DNA of 64,000 nucleotides, taken from Thermoprotei archaeon (GTDB lineage Archaea > Thermoproteota > Thermoprotei > Thermoproteales > B15-G16). Below, in pieces: positions 1 through 9,687 of this stretch (its first letter is position 1; every line of letters begins with the position of its first letter). A program made the position numbers and the translations under genes. The stretch covers positions 192,001-256,000 of the forward strand of contig QMRC01000002.1 in assembly GCA_003649205.1 (NCBI GenBank), given 5' to 3'. The notes below the pieces were generated by a model that ran no database searches, had not been told where the DNA came from, and saw nothing but the letters and a program-made list of their open reading frames with translations.

Positions 1-2
1 AC

Positions 3-824
3 TTCACTGAGTCTCAACTCAGGTGTAGACTCGATCTAGATAACCTACGTGTAGTTACTGACCTACTACCTAAACTGAGAACCGAAGTTCTTAGGTATAG
101 AGCTCTGTACCTCGAGAGAACGACGTCTACACAGGATATCGTGCACAGATTAGCTAGGTGTGGATTTGAGGAAGGTTACGTCGTGATTGCTGAAGAGCAG
201 CTTAGAGGAAGAGGAAGATGGGGTAGAACCTGGGTATCACCTAAAGGCGGTCTATGGTTTAGTGTACTGCTGAGACCAAAGGTAGCACTCCCACAGCAGA
301 TTTCAATGGCGGCATCACTATCAGTTGCTGAAGTACTTAACAACTTACTTAAAATACCCACATACCTCAAATGGCCAAATGATGTAGTGATTCAAGGTAG
401 GAAGGTATGTGGAGTACTCGTAGAGTCAAAGTGCGGAAAATACGGTGTAGAGTACATAGCGCTTGGTATAGGGATCAACGTAAATAATGAGGTACCTGAA
501 GAACTTAGAGAACATGCCACATCACTGAGAGATGAAGTGAGACAGCAAGTACCTAGGGTACCAATACTCCTCAGCATACTCAAACAATTTGATCAACACT
601 ACAAACACCTGGAGGCGAAGAGAGGCAGTAGAGTAGTGACAAGGTACTACAAACTCCTCATAGAGCGAAATCACAGGGTACGAATTGAATTGATCAATGG
701 AGAACACATAGAGGGAAAAGTAATCGGTATAGATATCGACGGTAGCATAGTACTATCAACTGAAGGTAAGGAGGTACCCATACAGAGCGAACTTGTCAGG
801 AAGGTACACGTACTTACAGAGTAA
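3..824 (+). CDS. birA: Biotin--protein ligase (5' partial)
   Basis: Frame is open to the window edge and adds the TTSTQD motif; contains QxxGRGRxGRxWxSP, LKWPND and RKVCGVL motifs. Confidence 0.9.
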   Translation, partial: FTESQLRCRLDLDNLRVVTDLLPKLRTEVLRYRALYLERTTSTQDIVHRLARCGFEEGYVVIAEEQLRGRGRWGRTWVSPKGGLWFSVLLRPKVALPQQISMAASLSVAEVLNNLLKIPTYLKWPNDVVIQGRKVCGVLVESKCGKYGVEYIALGIGINVNNEVPEELREHATSLRDEVRQQVPRVPILLSILKQFDQHYKHLEAKRGSRVVTRYYKLLIERNHRVRIELINGEHIEGKVIGIDIDGSIVLSTEGKEVPIQSELVRKVHVLTE

Positions 825-872
825 AGCAAAAATTAAAAATACCCAAGACACGTATCTCTAGGCGGGATCCAT

Positions 873-950
873 GCGGCCGTCGTCTAGCCTGGACTAGGAC
901 GGCGGCCTGCCGCGCCGCTGACCCGGGTTCAAATCCCGGCGGCCGCACCA
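873..950 (+). tRNA. tRNA-Gly(GCC)
   Basis: GCGGCCG/CGGCCGC acceptor stem, anticodon arm GCGGC-CTGCCGC-GCCGC, GGTTCAAATCC, encoded CCA. Confidence 0.97.
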
Positions 951-991
951 ACCCCCTCCTGGAACCTCCTCAACACCACCATATGGTGCTA

Positions 992-1933
992 CTAGAGATA
1001 TGTTCTCACTAGCAACGGATATCTCTCTCTAAGTACATCAGCTAGTAATCTTGGGAATACTCTATACCTACCCTTCTTGCTAACTGTGACGAGTTCATAC
1101 ATCTTCAACTTCCCTAAAATTCTCCTCAGTGATCTTAGTGAGATCTTGATATCCCTCGAGATAGGTACATGTGGTAGCTCTCTAGCTATCTCCTCATCAG
1201 TAGCTTCTTCAAGTCTAGCTACTGCGAGCAACGTCAATCTCTCCAACTTACTTAAGTCAGTAAATACACGCTCAGCTAATGAATTTCTCCTAGTTGAGAC
1301 ATAGGTAAGAAGTTCTCGATAATTACTCTCAAGAACATCTACTGAGAGCTTCCTTGAGATAGAGGTTAGGTACTCCAACAGTATACCTAAAGCACTTGGA
1401 ACACCTTCACATAGCTCATACAGTACATCTGTGAAATCACGCTCTATATCAACCCCACATCTACTACTAAGAACTTGAAGAAATCTCTTAACTTCACCTC
1501 GTGTAAGAGGTCTCAACCTGATTAGTGTAGTACCACTAGGCGCTGAAGACTCTAGATAATTCACGTTAGCAACAGCTAGCAAGAACTTCGTACGCTCTTT
1601 CTCACTAAGGTACTTCACACTGCTCATAGATCCAGCATAGTCATCAAGTAAGTACACTACATCGCTACTGAACTTGTAGGAGGATGGATTCACTACACCA
1701 CTCACATACCTAACATCTTTACCATACATCATGAGAGATGCTGCTATTGAGAATAGTAGACTCGTTTTACCGTAGCCAAGCCATCCATGCACGATAACTA
1801 CCTTAGTGCTCTCGCTCTGAAGTTCGGTAAGTATCCTCTCCTTAATCTCTAGGTGTGTTACATGTAGGTTAGGTGGTAGTGGCGATGTTGCTGATATGAG
1901 TGGTTTGTAGTGCTGTGTATGATCGTACTTCAT
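992..1933 (-). CDS. P-loop ATPase with C-terminal winged helix (archaeal ATPase/STAND-like regulator)
   Basis: Walker A GWLGYGKT, Walker B YLLDD, GxP motif (CEGVP), wHTH-like C-terminus. Confidence 0.65.
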   Translation of the reverse strand: MKYDHTQHYKPLISATSPLPPNLHVTHLEIKERILTELQSESTKVVIVHGWLGYGKTSLLFSIAASLMMYGKDVRYVSGVVNPSSYKFSSDVVYLLDDYAGSMSSVKYLSEKERTKFLLAVANVNYLESSAPSGTTLIRLRPLTRGEVKRFLQVLSSRCGVDIERDFTDVLYELCEGVPSALGILLEYLTSISRKLSVDVLESNYRELLTYVSTRRNSLAERVFTDLSKLERLTLLAVARLEEATDEEIARELPHVPISRDIKISLRSLRRILGKLKMYELVTVSKKGRYRVFPRLLADVLRERYPLLVRTYL

Positions 1934-1938
1934 GATCC

Positions 1939-1990
1939 TCGCCTAAATGCCTTCTCTTCATCAATCAGTGTAACCCTGATCGCTCATCGG
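1939..1990 (-). ncRNA. C/D-box sRNA candidate
   Basis: CCGATGA-GCGATCAGGGTTACA-CTGA-T-TGATGA-AGAGAAGGCATTTAG-GCGA; terminal boxes degenerate. Confidence 0.5.
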
Positions 1991-2009
1991 ATCTGAGAGA
2001 GTGTGCATG

Positions 2010-2031
2010 GGGAAAGTACATATACTTTTCC
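2010..2031. promoter_or_regulatory. Palindromic, possibly bidirectional BRE/TATA element
   Basis: GGAAAGTA-CATA-TACTTTTCC about 25-30 nt from both divergent sRNA candidates. Confidence 0.4.
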
Positions 2032-2052
2032 TCTACCTAGTGTACGTGCTGG

Positions 2053-2104
2053 ATGATGATTGCGTTGGTGGGGGTTATTGATGCCCGACGAAGGGCGAGG
2101 CTGA
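2053..2104 (+). ncRNA. C/D-box sRNA candidate
   Basis: ATGATGA to CTGA over 52 nt in an intergenic region; internal D'/C' boxes unclear. Confidence 0.45.
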
Positions 2105-2161
2105 TGCTATCTAGGGAAAGATTTTTCTCTAAGCGTATTCGTGGGGTCGTGGGGGTGTGTT

Positions 2162-2338
2162 ATGGCATACGTCCCTAAGACGTTGATGGTTGGTAGATGT
2201 TGGAGGTGTGGGAAGAGACTGTACAAAGGTGATACCTTCTACTACTGTGCAAGGTGTAATACGTACTACTGTCCTACCTGCTACAGGAAGACCTTTGGTA
2301 AGTGTCCATGTTGTCAGCTACCGCTTAGAGAGGTCTAG
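2162..2338 (+). CDS. Small C4C4 RING-like zinc-finger protein
   Basis: 58 aa from ATG 2162; four CxxC pairs. Confidence 0.75.
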   Translation: MAYVPKTLMVGRCWRCGKRLYKGDTFYYCARCNTYYCPTCYRKTFGKCPCCQLPLREV

Positions 2339-2808
2339 GAGCTGCCTCTTCTCAACTCGTTGACCTTATTGAACACGGCATTGAGTACCTTAAGCATGTC
2401 TCCTGGTCTGTACCCACTTCTCGTACCTCGGTACCTCTTCTCGATATCGCCCATGGTTAGCTTAACTACCTCTGGATAGATCTCTAACTCCATGTAATAG
2501 GTCTTGAATTTCATGTACTTACTCGGTACATAGGTAAATTCTCCGAAGTACGTGTAGTGACCTAATCTCAATGTTGACTCAACGATGTTGATTAATCCAT
2601 CCATAGCTGATACGAACTTCATGCATGAGCTTTTCAGGTTGTCCTCATCTACTGTGTAGGCTGGTCCCTTAGAGAATGTCACGATTACTGTAAAGTCCTT
2701 CCTAACAGCCATCATCGATATCAGTACATCCAGGTATATTATGTGTAGACCCCTAACCCACTTACCACGTGTGAAAGAGAGCAAACCCTCAATTCTCATA
2801 CCGATCAA
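2335..2808 (-). CDS. Hypothetical protein
   Basis: 157-aa ORF filling the gap; no recognised motif. Confidence 0.55.
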   Translation of the reverse strand: MIGMRIEGLLSFTRGKWVRGLHIIYLDVLISMMAVRKDFTVIVTFSKGPAYTVDEDNLKSSCMKFVSAMDGLINIVESTLRLGHYTYFGEFTYVPSKYMKFKTYYMELEIYPEVVKLTMGDIEKRYRGTRSGYRPGDMLKVLNAVFNKVNELRRGSS

Positions 2809-2857
2809 CCCACATTACAAGTAACCTCTATAAAGTGTTACCGCTAGTGAATTCACG

Positions 2858-2908
2858 GTGATGAAGCTGAGCTACGCAGATTTGATGAAGAGTGCTTGCG
2901 AGGGCTGA
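2858..2908 (+). ncRNA. C/D-box sRNA, probable tRNA D-arm guide
   Basis: GTGATGA-AGCTGAGCTACG-CAGA-TT-TGATGA-AGAGTGCTTGCGAGGG-CTGA. Confidence 0.85.
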
Positions 2909-2910
2909 CT

Positions 2911-4119
2911 ATGGAGCTTCGTGGTGTAGTAGATCTCCCACTTCACGATGGGTACGTACCTACGTGGCTCTTCAAGAGAATGAGAAGGCTAACCACCGTG
3001 GTATTTAAGGTGCTCCTTGATGAGTTTGGTGTTGAGAAGCTCTTTGAGAGATTGAGTAATCCATTGTGGTTTCAAGCTCTTAATAATGTAATTGGTATGG
3101 ACTGGAATTCAAGCGGTAGTACAACCGTTACCTGTGCTGTCATAAAGCTTGTCCTGAATAATGAGTTGAGGGGTTATGGAGTTAGAGTTGTTGGTGGAAA
3201 GGGAGTGCTTAGTAGGGAAGTTCCTAGGGAGCTTAGGTATCGTGCTCCCGAGCTAGGTCTTAGTGAGGAGGATGTCGATTACTTGATTAAGGTCTCGAGA
3301 TTGGTAGCTAAGGTCGATACAGCTGCTGTTCAGAGTGGGTACACGTTGTATCACCATGTACTTCTATTCGATGGTGAGGGTAGGTGGTTAGTTATACAGC
3401 AGGGTATGAGAACCGATGTAAAGCTTGCGAGGAGGTATCATTGGTATCATGGATCGGTAAATAAACTATTTACTGATGATCCTAAGGAAAAGGTTGTTGC
3501 TTTGAGATTTCACGAAGGTGTACTGAATTTAGTTCATAGGGATAGTGCTCGCTGTAGAGAAACAATTCTTGACTTAGTTTGTAATGAGCCTGTGGTGAGA
3601 ACTATGAGGTACCTGAGGTATGTGAAGAGCACTATTAAGGCACATAGTTCGATGAAAAGTGGCCTTTGCACGCTTGATGAATTCATAGGTACGTCAAATA
3701 CTTTTAGCAAAGAGCTTCCACAAATTGGCACGACAATTTACTATAGATTACCGGGTGATGAATATGTAGAGAAGGTACTCAGGAAGGTTAAGGAATGTAA
3801 TGTTGAGAGCTTTGATGACTTACTTCTCGTTGATGGGCTTGGTCCTGCTGTTCTACGTGCTTTAGCACTGATAGCTGAGGTCATATACCGTGATCCACCA
3901 GCATACTGTGACAACGTTACCCACTTGGTAGATGAATACGATCCATTTAAGTTCTCGTTTGCTCTTGGTGGTAAGGATGGTGTTCCTTATCCTATATCGA
4001 GAGAGTTGTATGATGAGGTATTGAATGTACTAGAGAGGTTGATCTCATCAAAAGAATTGAATCAAGGAGAGAGATCACACGTACTGGAAATGTACCGTAG
4101 GTTAAGGTCATTCACTTAG
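2911..4119 (+). CDS. DUF763 family protein
   Basis: DLPLHxGxVPxWL, GMDWNSSGSTT, ARRYHW and GGKDGVPYP motifs. Confidence 0.9.
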   Translation: MELRGVVDLPLHDGYVPTWLFKRMRRLTTVVFKVLLDEFGVEKLFERLSNPLWFQALNNVIGMDWNSSGSTTVTCAVIKLVLNNELRGYGVRVVGGKGVLSREVPRELRYRAPELGLSEEDVDYLIKVSRLVAKVDTAAVQSGYTLYHHVLLFDGEGRWLVIQQGMRTDVKLARRYHWYHGSVNKLFTDDPKEKVVALRFHEGVLNLVHRDSARCRETILDLVCNEPVVRTMRYLRYVKSTIKAHSSMKSGLCTLDEFIGTSNTFSKELPQIGTTIYYRLPGDEYVEKVLRKVKECNVESFDDLLLVDGLGPAVLRALALIAEVIYRDPPAYCDNVTHLVDEYDPFKFSFALGGKDGVPYPISRELYDEVLNVLERLISSKELNQGERSHVLEMYRRLRSFT

Positions 4120-4375
4120 AAATACTATGTTTAACCTACTCCTATGCTCCTCACAGTTGATACTTTTCCCTGAACTATTGATGAAAACATAATACCTTTA
4201 CCTTAATGTGCTGTGCTTAAGTAGCTATTGCTGCTGGCTTTTTATGATGGAGAGGTTAGAAAGCACTTGGTTCACCGTCCAATGTATACGTTACCCAACA
4301 GTAGTACAGCACCCATAACAACCATGTGAATGAGTATGAGGTACCTGTACTCAGCTTCCTAAAAATGTTTTTAAT

Positions 4376-6067
4376 TTGAGTGAAGCCCCAGTTGGTGTGA
4401 TGAGTTCTGAGGGATTCTGGATAGATCGTGTTACCTCAGAGATCAGGAAGAGGAAGCAGGAGCCTATTGTGTTAAGTACTGGGAAAACGCCGTCGGGACC
4501 AATACACATAGGTAGCTATAGAGAGCTGATCATGGTAAGTGCTCTGGAGAGGAGATTGAGATCGCTTGGTAAGGAGGTGAAGGTACTATTCTTCGTAGAT
4601 TCTTTTGATCCCATGAAGTCTATTCCAGCGAATCTGAGAGAGGAGTTTAGCCGTGATGTAGTTGAAGAACTTGAGAGGTACATAGGAAAGCCGTTGTGTG
4701 ATGTACCAGATCCATATGGTAAGTGTCACAGTAGTTATGCTGAGCACTTTGCTGAAGAGTTCATTAGTACGTTTGCTGAATTTGGTGTCTATGCTGAGGT
4801 TATTTACAGTCACAGACTTTATGAGAGGTCTGAGATGAAGGAGTGTGTTAGGTTAGTTCTCAAGAAGCTTGATGTAGTTAAGAAAATTCGTGAGAAGTAC
4901 TTAGCTGAGGTAGCTAAGCTGGATAAGGAGATTGTTGTTGGGGAGTGGAGTCCTGTAATGGTTGTATGTCCTAGATGTGGTATGTTGGCACCAAAGATAG
5001 CAGGTGAAGTTAAACCGAATAGGGTCATAGATTATGATCTAGAGTCTGATAAAGTGTACTTCAGATGTAACAGCTGCGGCTACAGTGATTGGGTACCTCT
5101 TTCAAGTGCTAGAGTTAAGTTGAGTTGGAGAATTGATTGGGCTGCTAAGTGGTTCATCTTTAAGGTTACCTGTGAACCTGCTGGAAAGGATCACTGTGTA
5201 CGTGGTGGAGCATATGATATGGCGTTAGAGATATGTAGGGAGGTCTTTGGGTATGAAGGTCCTGTGAAGGTACCTTACGAGTGGTTTACCTTTGGTGGTA
5301 AGGCGATGAAGACACATAAGGGAATAACGTTTACTCCAAGAGAGTGGCTTGAAGTTGCTCCACCTGAGGTCCTTAGGTTTTTGGTACTATCTACAGATCC
5401 AATGAGGCACATTGACTTTGTACCTGAAAAGGTTCCTAATCTAGTAGATAGCTTTGATACTGTAGAGAGGATTTACTTTGGTCTTGAGAAGCCTCGTTCT
5501 GAAGCTGATGAGTTTAAAGCTAGGGTAGTGTACCCGTTATGTGTTCCAGAGTGGCGATTAAGGAGAAAACCTGCTAGAGTACCGTATAGGTTAGCTGTGT
5601 ACCTAGTTCAGCTAGGTGATTTACTTGGTGAGGATAAGGTGTTGATGAAGGCTATGGACTTTGCGAGGAGGTACTACGATAAGCCTGAGCTAGATGAGGA
5701 GGATGTGAAGGACATCAAGAGAAGACTATACATGGCAAGCAACTGGGTTAGGAAGTATGCACCGGATAGAATGAGGTTTAGCATTTGTCCTGAGGTTCCT
5801 GAATCCATTAAGAAGAGTCTTAGCCCTGAACAGAGACAAGCACTTAAGGAGGTAGCTAATGTACTTGAGACTGAGGAACTAAGTGAAGTAGAGCTCCAGA
5901 ACAGGATATTCAAGATAGCTAGTGACCTAGGTATCGAGGCACCCAAGGTATTTCAAGCTGTGTACCTAGTACTTCTCGGTAAACCTTTTGGTCCTCGGCT
6001 AGCCCCACTACTACTAGCTCTTGACAGGGAATGGTTGGTGAAGAGATTGAGAGATGCTATAGCTTAA
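4376..6067 (+). CDS. lysS: Lysyl-tRNA synthetase, class I (start may be ATG 4400)
   Basis: TPSGPIHIGS, KLSWRIDW, EPAGKDH and GPRL motifs. Confidence 0.95.
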   Translation: MSEAPVGVMSSEGFWIDRVTSEIRKRKQEPIVLSTGKTPSGPIHIGSYRELIMVSALERRLRSLGKEVKVLFFVDSFDPMKSIPANLREEFSRDVVEELERYIGKPLCDVPDPYGKCHSSYAEHFAEEFISTFAEFGVYAEVIYSHRLYERSEMKECVRLVLKKLDVVKKIREKYLAEVAKLDKEIVVGEWSPVMVVCPRCGMLAPKIAGEVKPNRVIDYDLESDKVYFRCNSCGYSDWVPLSSARVKLSWRIDWAAKWFIFKVTCEPAGKDHCVRGGAYDMALEICREVFGYEGPVKVPYEWFTFGGKAMKTHKGITFTPREWLEVAPPEVLRFLVLSTDPMRHIDFVPEKVPNLVDSFDTVERIYFGLEKPRSEADEFKARVVYPLCVPEWRLRRKPARVPYRLAVYLVQLGDLLGEDKVLMKAMDFARRYYDKPELDEEDVKDIKRRLYMASNWVRKYAPDRMRFSICPEVPESIKKSLSPEQRQALKEVANVLETEELSEVELQNRIFKIASDLGIEAPKVFQAVYLVLLGKPFGPRLAPLLLALDREWLVKRLRDAIA

Positions 6068-6074
6068 GTTGAGT

Positions 6075-7103
6075 CTACAGGACCTCCTTTGTGTAGTCAA
6101 TCAACTCAAGTATTTTCTGAGGATAGTACCTTCTCCTAAAGATCTTAGCTATCACAGCCATCAACCTATCTCTGAGAGGTAGCTTCAAAGTACATCCACA
6201 TGCTACTGGATGCCCACCACCTCCAAATCTCCACACCACTGGTAGTAGATTGATGTCTCTAGCTCTACCTGCGTAGAGAGATACCGAATCATCTCGATAT
6301 ATTACCACAGCGAAGTCAGCACCATACCTCTCACAGAATTCCTTAACTAAAATACCCGCACCCTTAATACCTGTACCCCTAAAGTCAACTACGATAAACT
6401 TCCTACCTCCCCTAGTTGTGTGCACCTCAATGAACTTAGCCACATCAGTAAGTACCTTACGTTCTCTAGCCTCAATTCTCTTAGCTTCCTCAAGCAATTC
6501 GTTAGATAGCTTAATGCCCCTAGCTAATGCCTTCAGTAACCTAATCCTAGTTCCATGCTTCTGAGTTAACCTCCTATAGACATGCGATACCTCTAGGCTG
6601 TACCGTGCCGTATCTGCATCGTTTGCAACCTCAATAAGTTCCTTCGTATACTCGTCCACTAGATTAAGGTACTTAGCTACTACGGAGGTAGCACTTGGTG
6701 CTCTCTCAATACATAGCTTATCAACATAGGGAGAAATCGTAGAGAGAACTTCTTCAGGCCATGTGTGGTGATCAAACCAATAGATTCTACATCCTCTCTT
6801 CCTCAAACTCACTAGTGAGGATACTACAGCACCCACCTTCCCTCTATTGAGTGATATATCTGAGATAGCTATGTGGTACCCTTTACCTCTCCATAGGCTA
6901 ACAATACGGAGTACTTGATCAATATCTCGAGGTCCAGCAAATATTACCTCACTGTCTCCAAAGTATCTAAGCAGGAGAGCACCAGCAATGACACCATCAA
7001 CATCTCTATGTGTTATAACTACGTTTCTCTTAGCTAGATTCAGCAATCCCTTTAGTAGGAAGTACATTAGGCGAAATCGCCTAATTACCTCAGCTAAGTC
7101 CAT
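6075..7103 (-). CDS. DHH/DHHA1 family phosphoesterase
   Basis: THRDVDG, FDHH and GGGGHPVACG motifs. Confidence 0.85.
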   Translation of the reverse strand: MDLAEVIRRFRLMYFLLKGLLNLAKRNVVITHRDVDGVIAGALLLRYFGDSEVIFAGPRDIDQVLRIVSLWRGKGYHIAISDISLNRGKVGAVVSSLVSLRKRGCRIYWFDHHTWPEEVLSTISPYVDKLCIERAPSATSVVAKYLNLVDEYTKELIEVANDADTARYSLEVSHVYRRLTQKHGTRIRLLKALARGIKLSNELLEEAKRIEARERKVLTDVAKFIEVHTTRGGRKFIVVDFRGTGIKGAGILVKEFCERYGADFAVVIYRDDSVSLYAGRARDINLLPVVWRFGGGGHPVACGCTLKLPLRDRLMAVIAKIFRRRYYPQKILELIDYTKEVL

Positions 7104-8482
7104 TAGTAACCAGCCTCTACAACATTTCTTGGCTTCATAATTTCTCTAAGGAGTATTGTAGCGTAGTTACCTCTACGTAACGTGAACTCCACTGTAACCC
7201 GTCGATACCCTGGATGTAGTTCGTCTTCCTCAACTTCGAATCTGAAGTTGAGTATGCGGGTTGATGCTGGTCTAATGGTTCCTCTCGATGAGAGTTCGGG
7301 CATGGACTTAATCTTGAAGTCTTCAAGGCTCAACTCTTCTTCCTTAAGTACTTCTCGCTCAACTTCACCGGGCTCTCCATCTGCGAGTATGGTGTTATAT
7401 CCAAATACATTCAGTACTAGAGCTGCCTTGCCATCTCTAATTAGTTCAAAAACTTTATCCCTATTACTGTCAGTTACCTTCACTAACGACTTAGTTGGAA
7501 ATCCATGAGGATCTAGTAGAGCTACGAAATCCCCTCTAACAGGTTTGCTAATTGGTAATCCTCGTTCTAGCCTTCTACTCAGTACCTTATTGAATAGGTA
7601 TGCTTGGTATGCCTCAATAAATAGTGTCAGTAGGTTTCTCGGTAATCTACGTAGAGCACCAACGAAGTCTCTAGGGTATTTGGATAGGTGCTCTAGAACT
7701 AATCTCTCAACATCATACCTCTTCGGTAGTAAAGTAAGTGCTTTTGCGTAGTCTCTGCTCTCCCAGATAATCTTCCTGATTTCAGCTATTGAGCTACTCT
7801 CATAGGGGTAGGGTCTCGCAATTAACTCCATAACAGCATCCTCAAACCTCTCCTTAACGATATACTTCCCAACTAAATGTGTATTCGGTCTCCTGGTACC
7901 AAACCTCTGATGTCCATAAAATGAAGGTAGACCACCAAGGGAATTTAACTCCTCTAGGATAGCACCTATCCTACGCTCAATCTCACTTTCACTCAACTCA
8001 ATACATCTAATCACTATGCAAAAGTGATTACCGAAAATACATGATGGTGTAAATGGTCTATCACTAGCTACAGGGACTTTAATGCACATGTTACTCGGAA
8101 GCTGTACACTCCTCAACTTATGTGGAGCAACACCGAACACACTAACAACCTGGGCAGTAACAGCAAAAGCATCCTTGTAACCACCCCATGAAACTCTAGA
8201 GAAGTCTACACCTAACCTCTTCACCAACTCCCAAACAGCCCTTAAGGTATCTACACCACGTTTCTCAAGGATAAACCAAGTCCAAGGACCAGACCTAACA
8301 TATTTACTCAAATTTACAGGTACTTCAGCACCAACTCTCACAACCTCACCATCCAGGAGCACCTCCTCAACAACAAAATCCTCATACCTACACCTAATTC
8401 TACCACCAATACCCTCAGTATCGGTAGCGAAGACCTCTAAACCCATAAACCTCTCCAACTCATCGAAACTACGCAGTACCAA
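7103..8482 (-). CDS. truD: tRNA pseudouridine(13) synthase
   Basis: EDFVVEE, GYKDxxAVTAQ, FYGHQRFG and GNYATILLREI motifs. Confidence 0.95.
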   Translation of the reverse strand: MVLRSFDELERFMGLEVFATDTEGIGGRIRCRYEDFVVEEVLLDGEVVRVGAEVPVNLSKYVRSGPWTWFILEKRGVDTLRAVWELVKRLGVDFSRVSWGGYKDAFAVTAQVVSVFGVAPHKLRSVQLPSNMCIKVPVASDRPFTPSCIFGNHFCIVIRCIELSESEIERRIGAILEELNSLGGLPSFYGHQRFGTRRPNTHLVGKYIVKERFEDAVMELIARPYPYESSSIAEIRKIIWESRDYAKALTLLPKRYDVERLVLEHLSKYPRDFVGALRRLPRNLLTLFIEAYQAYLFNKVLSRRLERGLPISKPVRGDFVALLDPHGFPTKSLVKVTDSNRDKVFELIRDGKAALVLNVFGYNTILADGEPGEVEREVLKEEELSLEDFKIKSMPELSSRGTIRPASTRILNFRFEVEEDELHPGYRRVTVEFTLRRGNYATILLREIMKPRNVVEAGY

Positions 8483-8542
8483 GAACCTTCACCTCACAAA
8501 GCATTTTAGAGAGGAGCTTGTAGTACATGGTGACAGTAGCTG

Positions 8543-8767
8543 GTGATCACTATGGAGGAGTCAAAGGAGTTAAAATTTATTCGTGAAGTACTACCGCAAG
8601 TAGCTCCAACATCAGCGTACTCACTCCTACTCGATACCCTAATCAAGATACTGAAGCTACTGAACCAGATGAATCGCAAGTTAGAGGACGTGGATGTAAG
8701 GCTTAAAAGAATTGAGGAGCTACTTCAGAAGAGAGAAAGTGAGGAATTACGAAGAGGGGACACATAG
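8543..8767 (+). CDS. Small coiled-coil hypothetical protein
   Basis: 74 aa with heptad pattern; heads an apparent operon. Confidence 0.55.
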   Translation: MITMEESKELKFIREVLPQVAPTSAYSLLLDTLIKILKLLNQMNRKLEDVDVRLKRIEELLQKRESEELRRGDT

Positions 8768-8772
8768 GGCTT

Positions 8773-9687
8773 ATGAGTTATGAAAATCTCATACTTGTTG
8801 AAAATCTGAGAAATGACTCTAGAGAACTTAGGATATTTTCAATACCTAAAAAACACACAGTGCTCCTACCACTTTGGTGTATAATCTCTGCCTACTTCCT
8901 CTACATATGTACGTACGTAGCTAAACACCCAGAAGTACTGAGGGAAACTAAACCCGCACCTACTGAATTAGCTATAGGACTTATTGTAGATCTGCTATAC
9001 TTAGGTATAACAATGTACGTACTACACTCAGTAATCAATGATTTCCTAAAGATAGCCATTGAGCGTGCGCTAAAGCTCTCTGTAACGATGAAGGATCTTC
9101 TGACTTCAGTTAAGAGATTGGGCAGAGAGAAGAAAATGGAGGAAAGTAACGTGGTGAAACATGTGGAATTAGTTGAGCGGTGTACATCACTTTACGAGAG
9201 GATACCATACAGGATTAGGAATCTCAAACTACTGCCATCACTATTCTCGCTAATACTCCTCATTGGCTTTCTAGCTAGGAACCCGCTAGCTGTGGGAACA
9301 GCAATTGCCTTCACAGCAGTAGCAATAACCACTGAGGTCACACTAACTACCAGGATGTTGATGTGTGAGTACTCTGAATTTACAGAAGCTATGAAGTGCC
9401 TAGCCAAGGTGGATACAGGTGTGGAGGTACTAGCAAGGCACCTGAAGAACCTACAGTACATCTTTACCTGTTTCGAAATTACGGTAGCTGTAGCGGTACT
9501 ACCTCTAGCTCTACTTCAATCACATCCACTAGACATAGCGACTATATACGTCTTGATGGTTATGCTAGCCATAATCTACTACCTCCACATGAAGTACCTC
9601 CTTGAGTTCTACGAAAAGTATTTGAATACACAGACAACATCTATAGAGACCATAATAGATTCGGTAGCAAGGTTGCTAATACCATGA
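8773..9687 (+). CDS. Hypothetical multi-pass membrane protein
   Basis: About six hydrophobic segments in three pairs; stop overlaps the Lhr start (ATGA). Confidence 0.65.
   Translation: MSYENLILVENLRNDSRELRIFSIPKKHTVLLPLWCIISAYFLYICTYVAKHPEVLRETKPAPTELAIGLIVDLLYLGITMYVLHSVINDFLKIAIERALKLSVTMKDLLTSVKRLGREKKMEESNVVKHVELVERCTSLYERIPYRIRNLKLLPSLFSLILLIGFLARNPLAVGTAIAFTAVAITTEVTLTTRMLMCEYSEFTEAMKCLAKVDTGVEVLARHLKNLQYIFTCFEITVAVAVLPLALLQSHPLDIATIYVLMVMLAIIYYLHMKYLLEFYEKYLNTQTTSIETIIDSVARLLIP

Noticed and set aside
4120-4375. CTGA..TGATGA in a 250-nt intergenic region
   Set aside because: No terminal C and D boxes at suitable spacing and no convincing ORF
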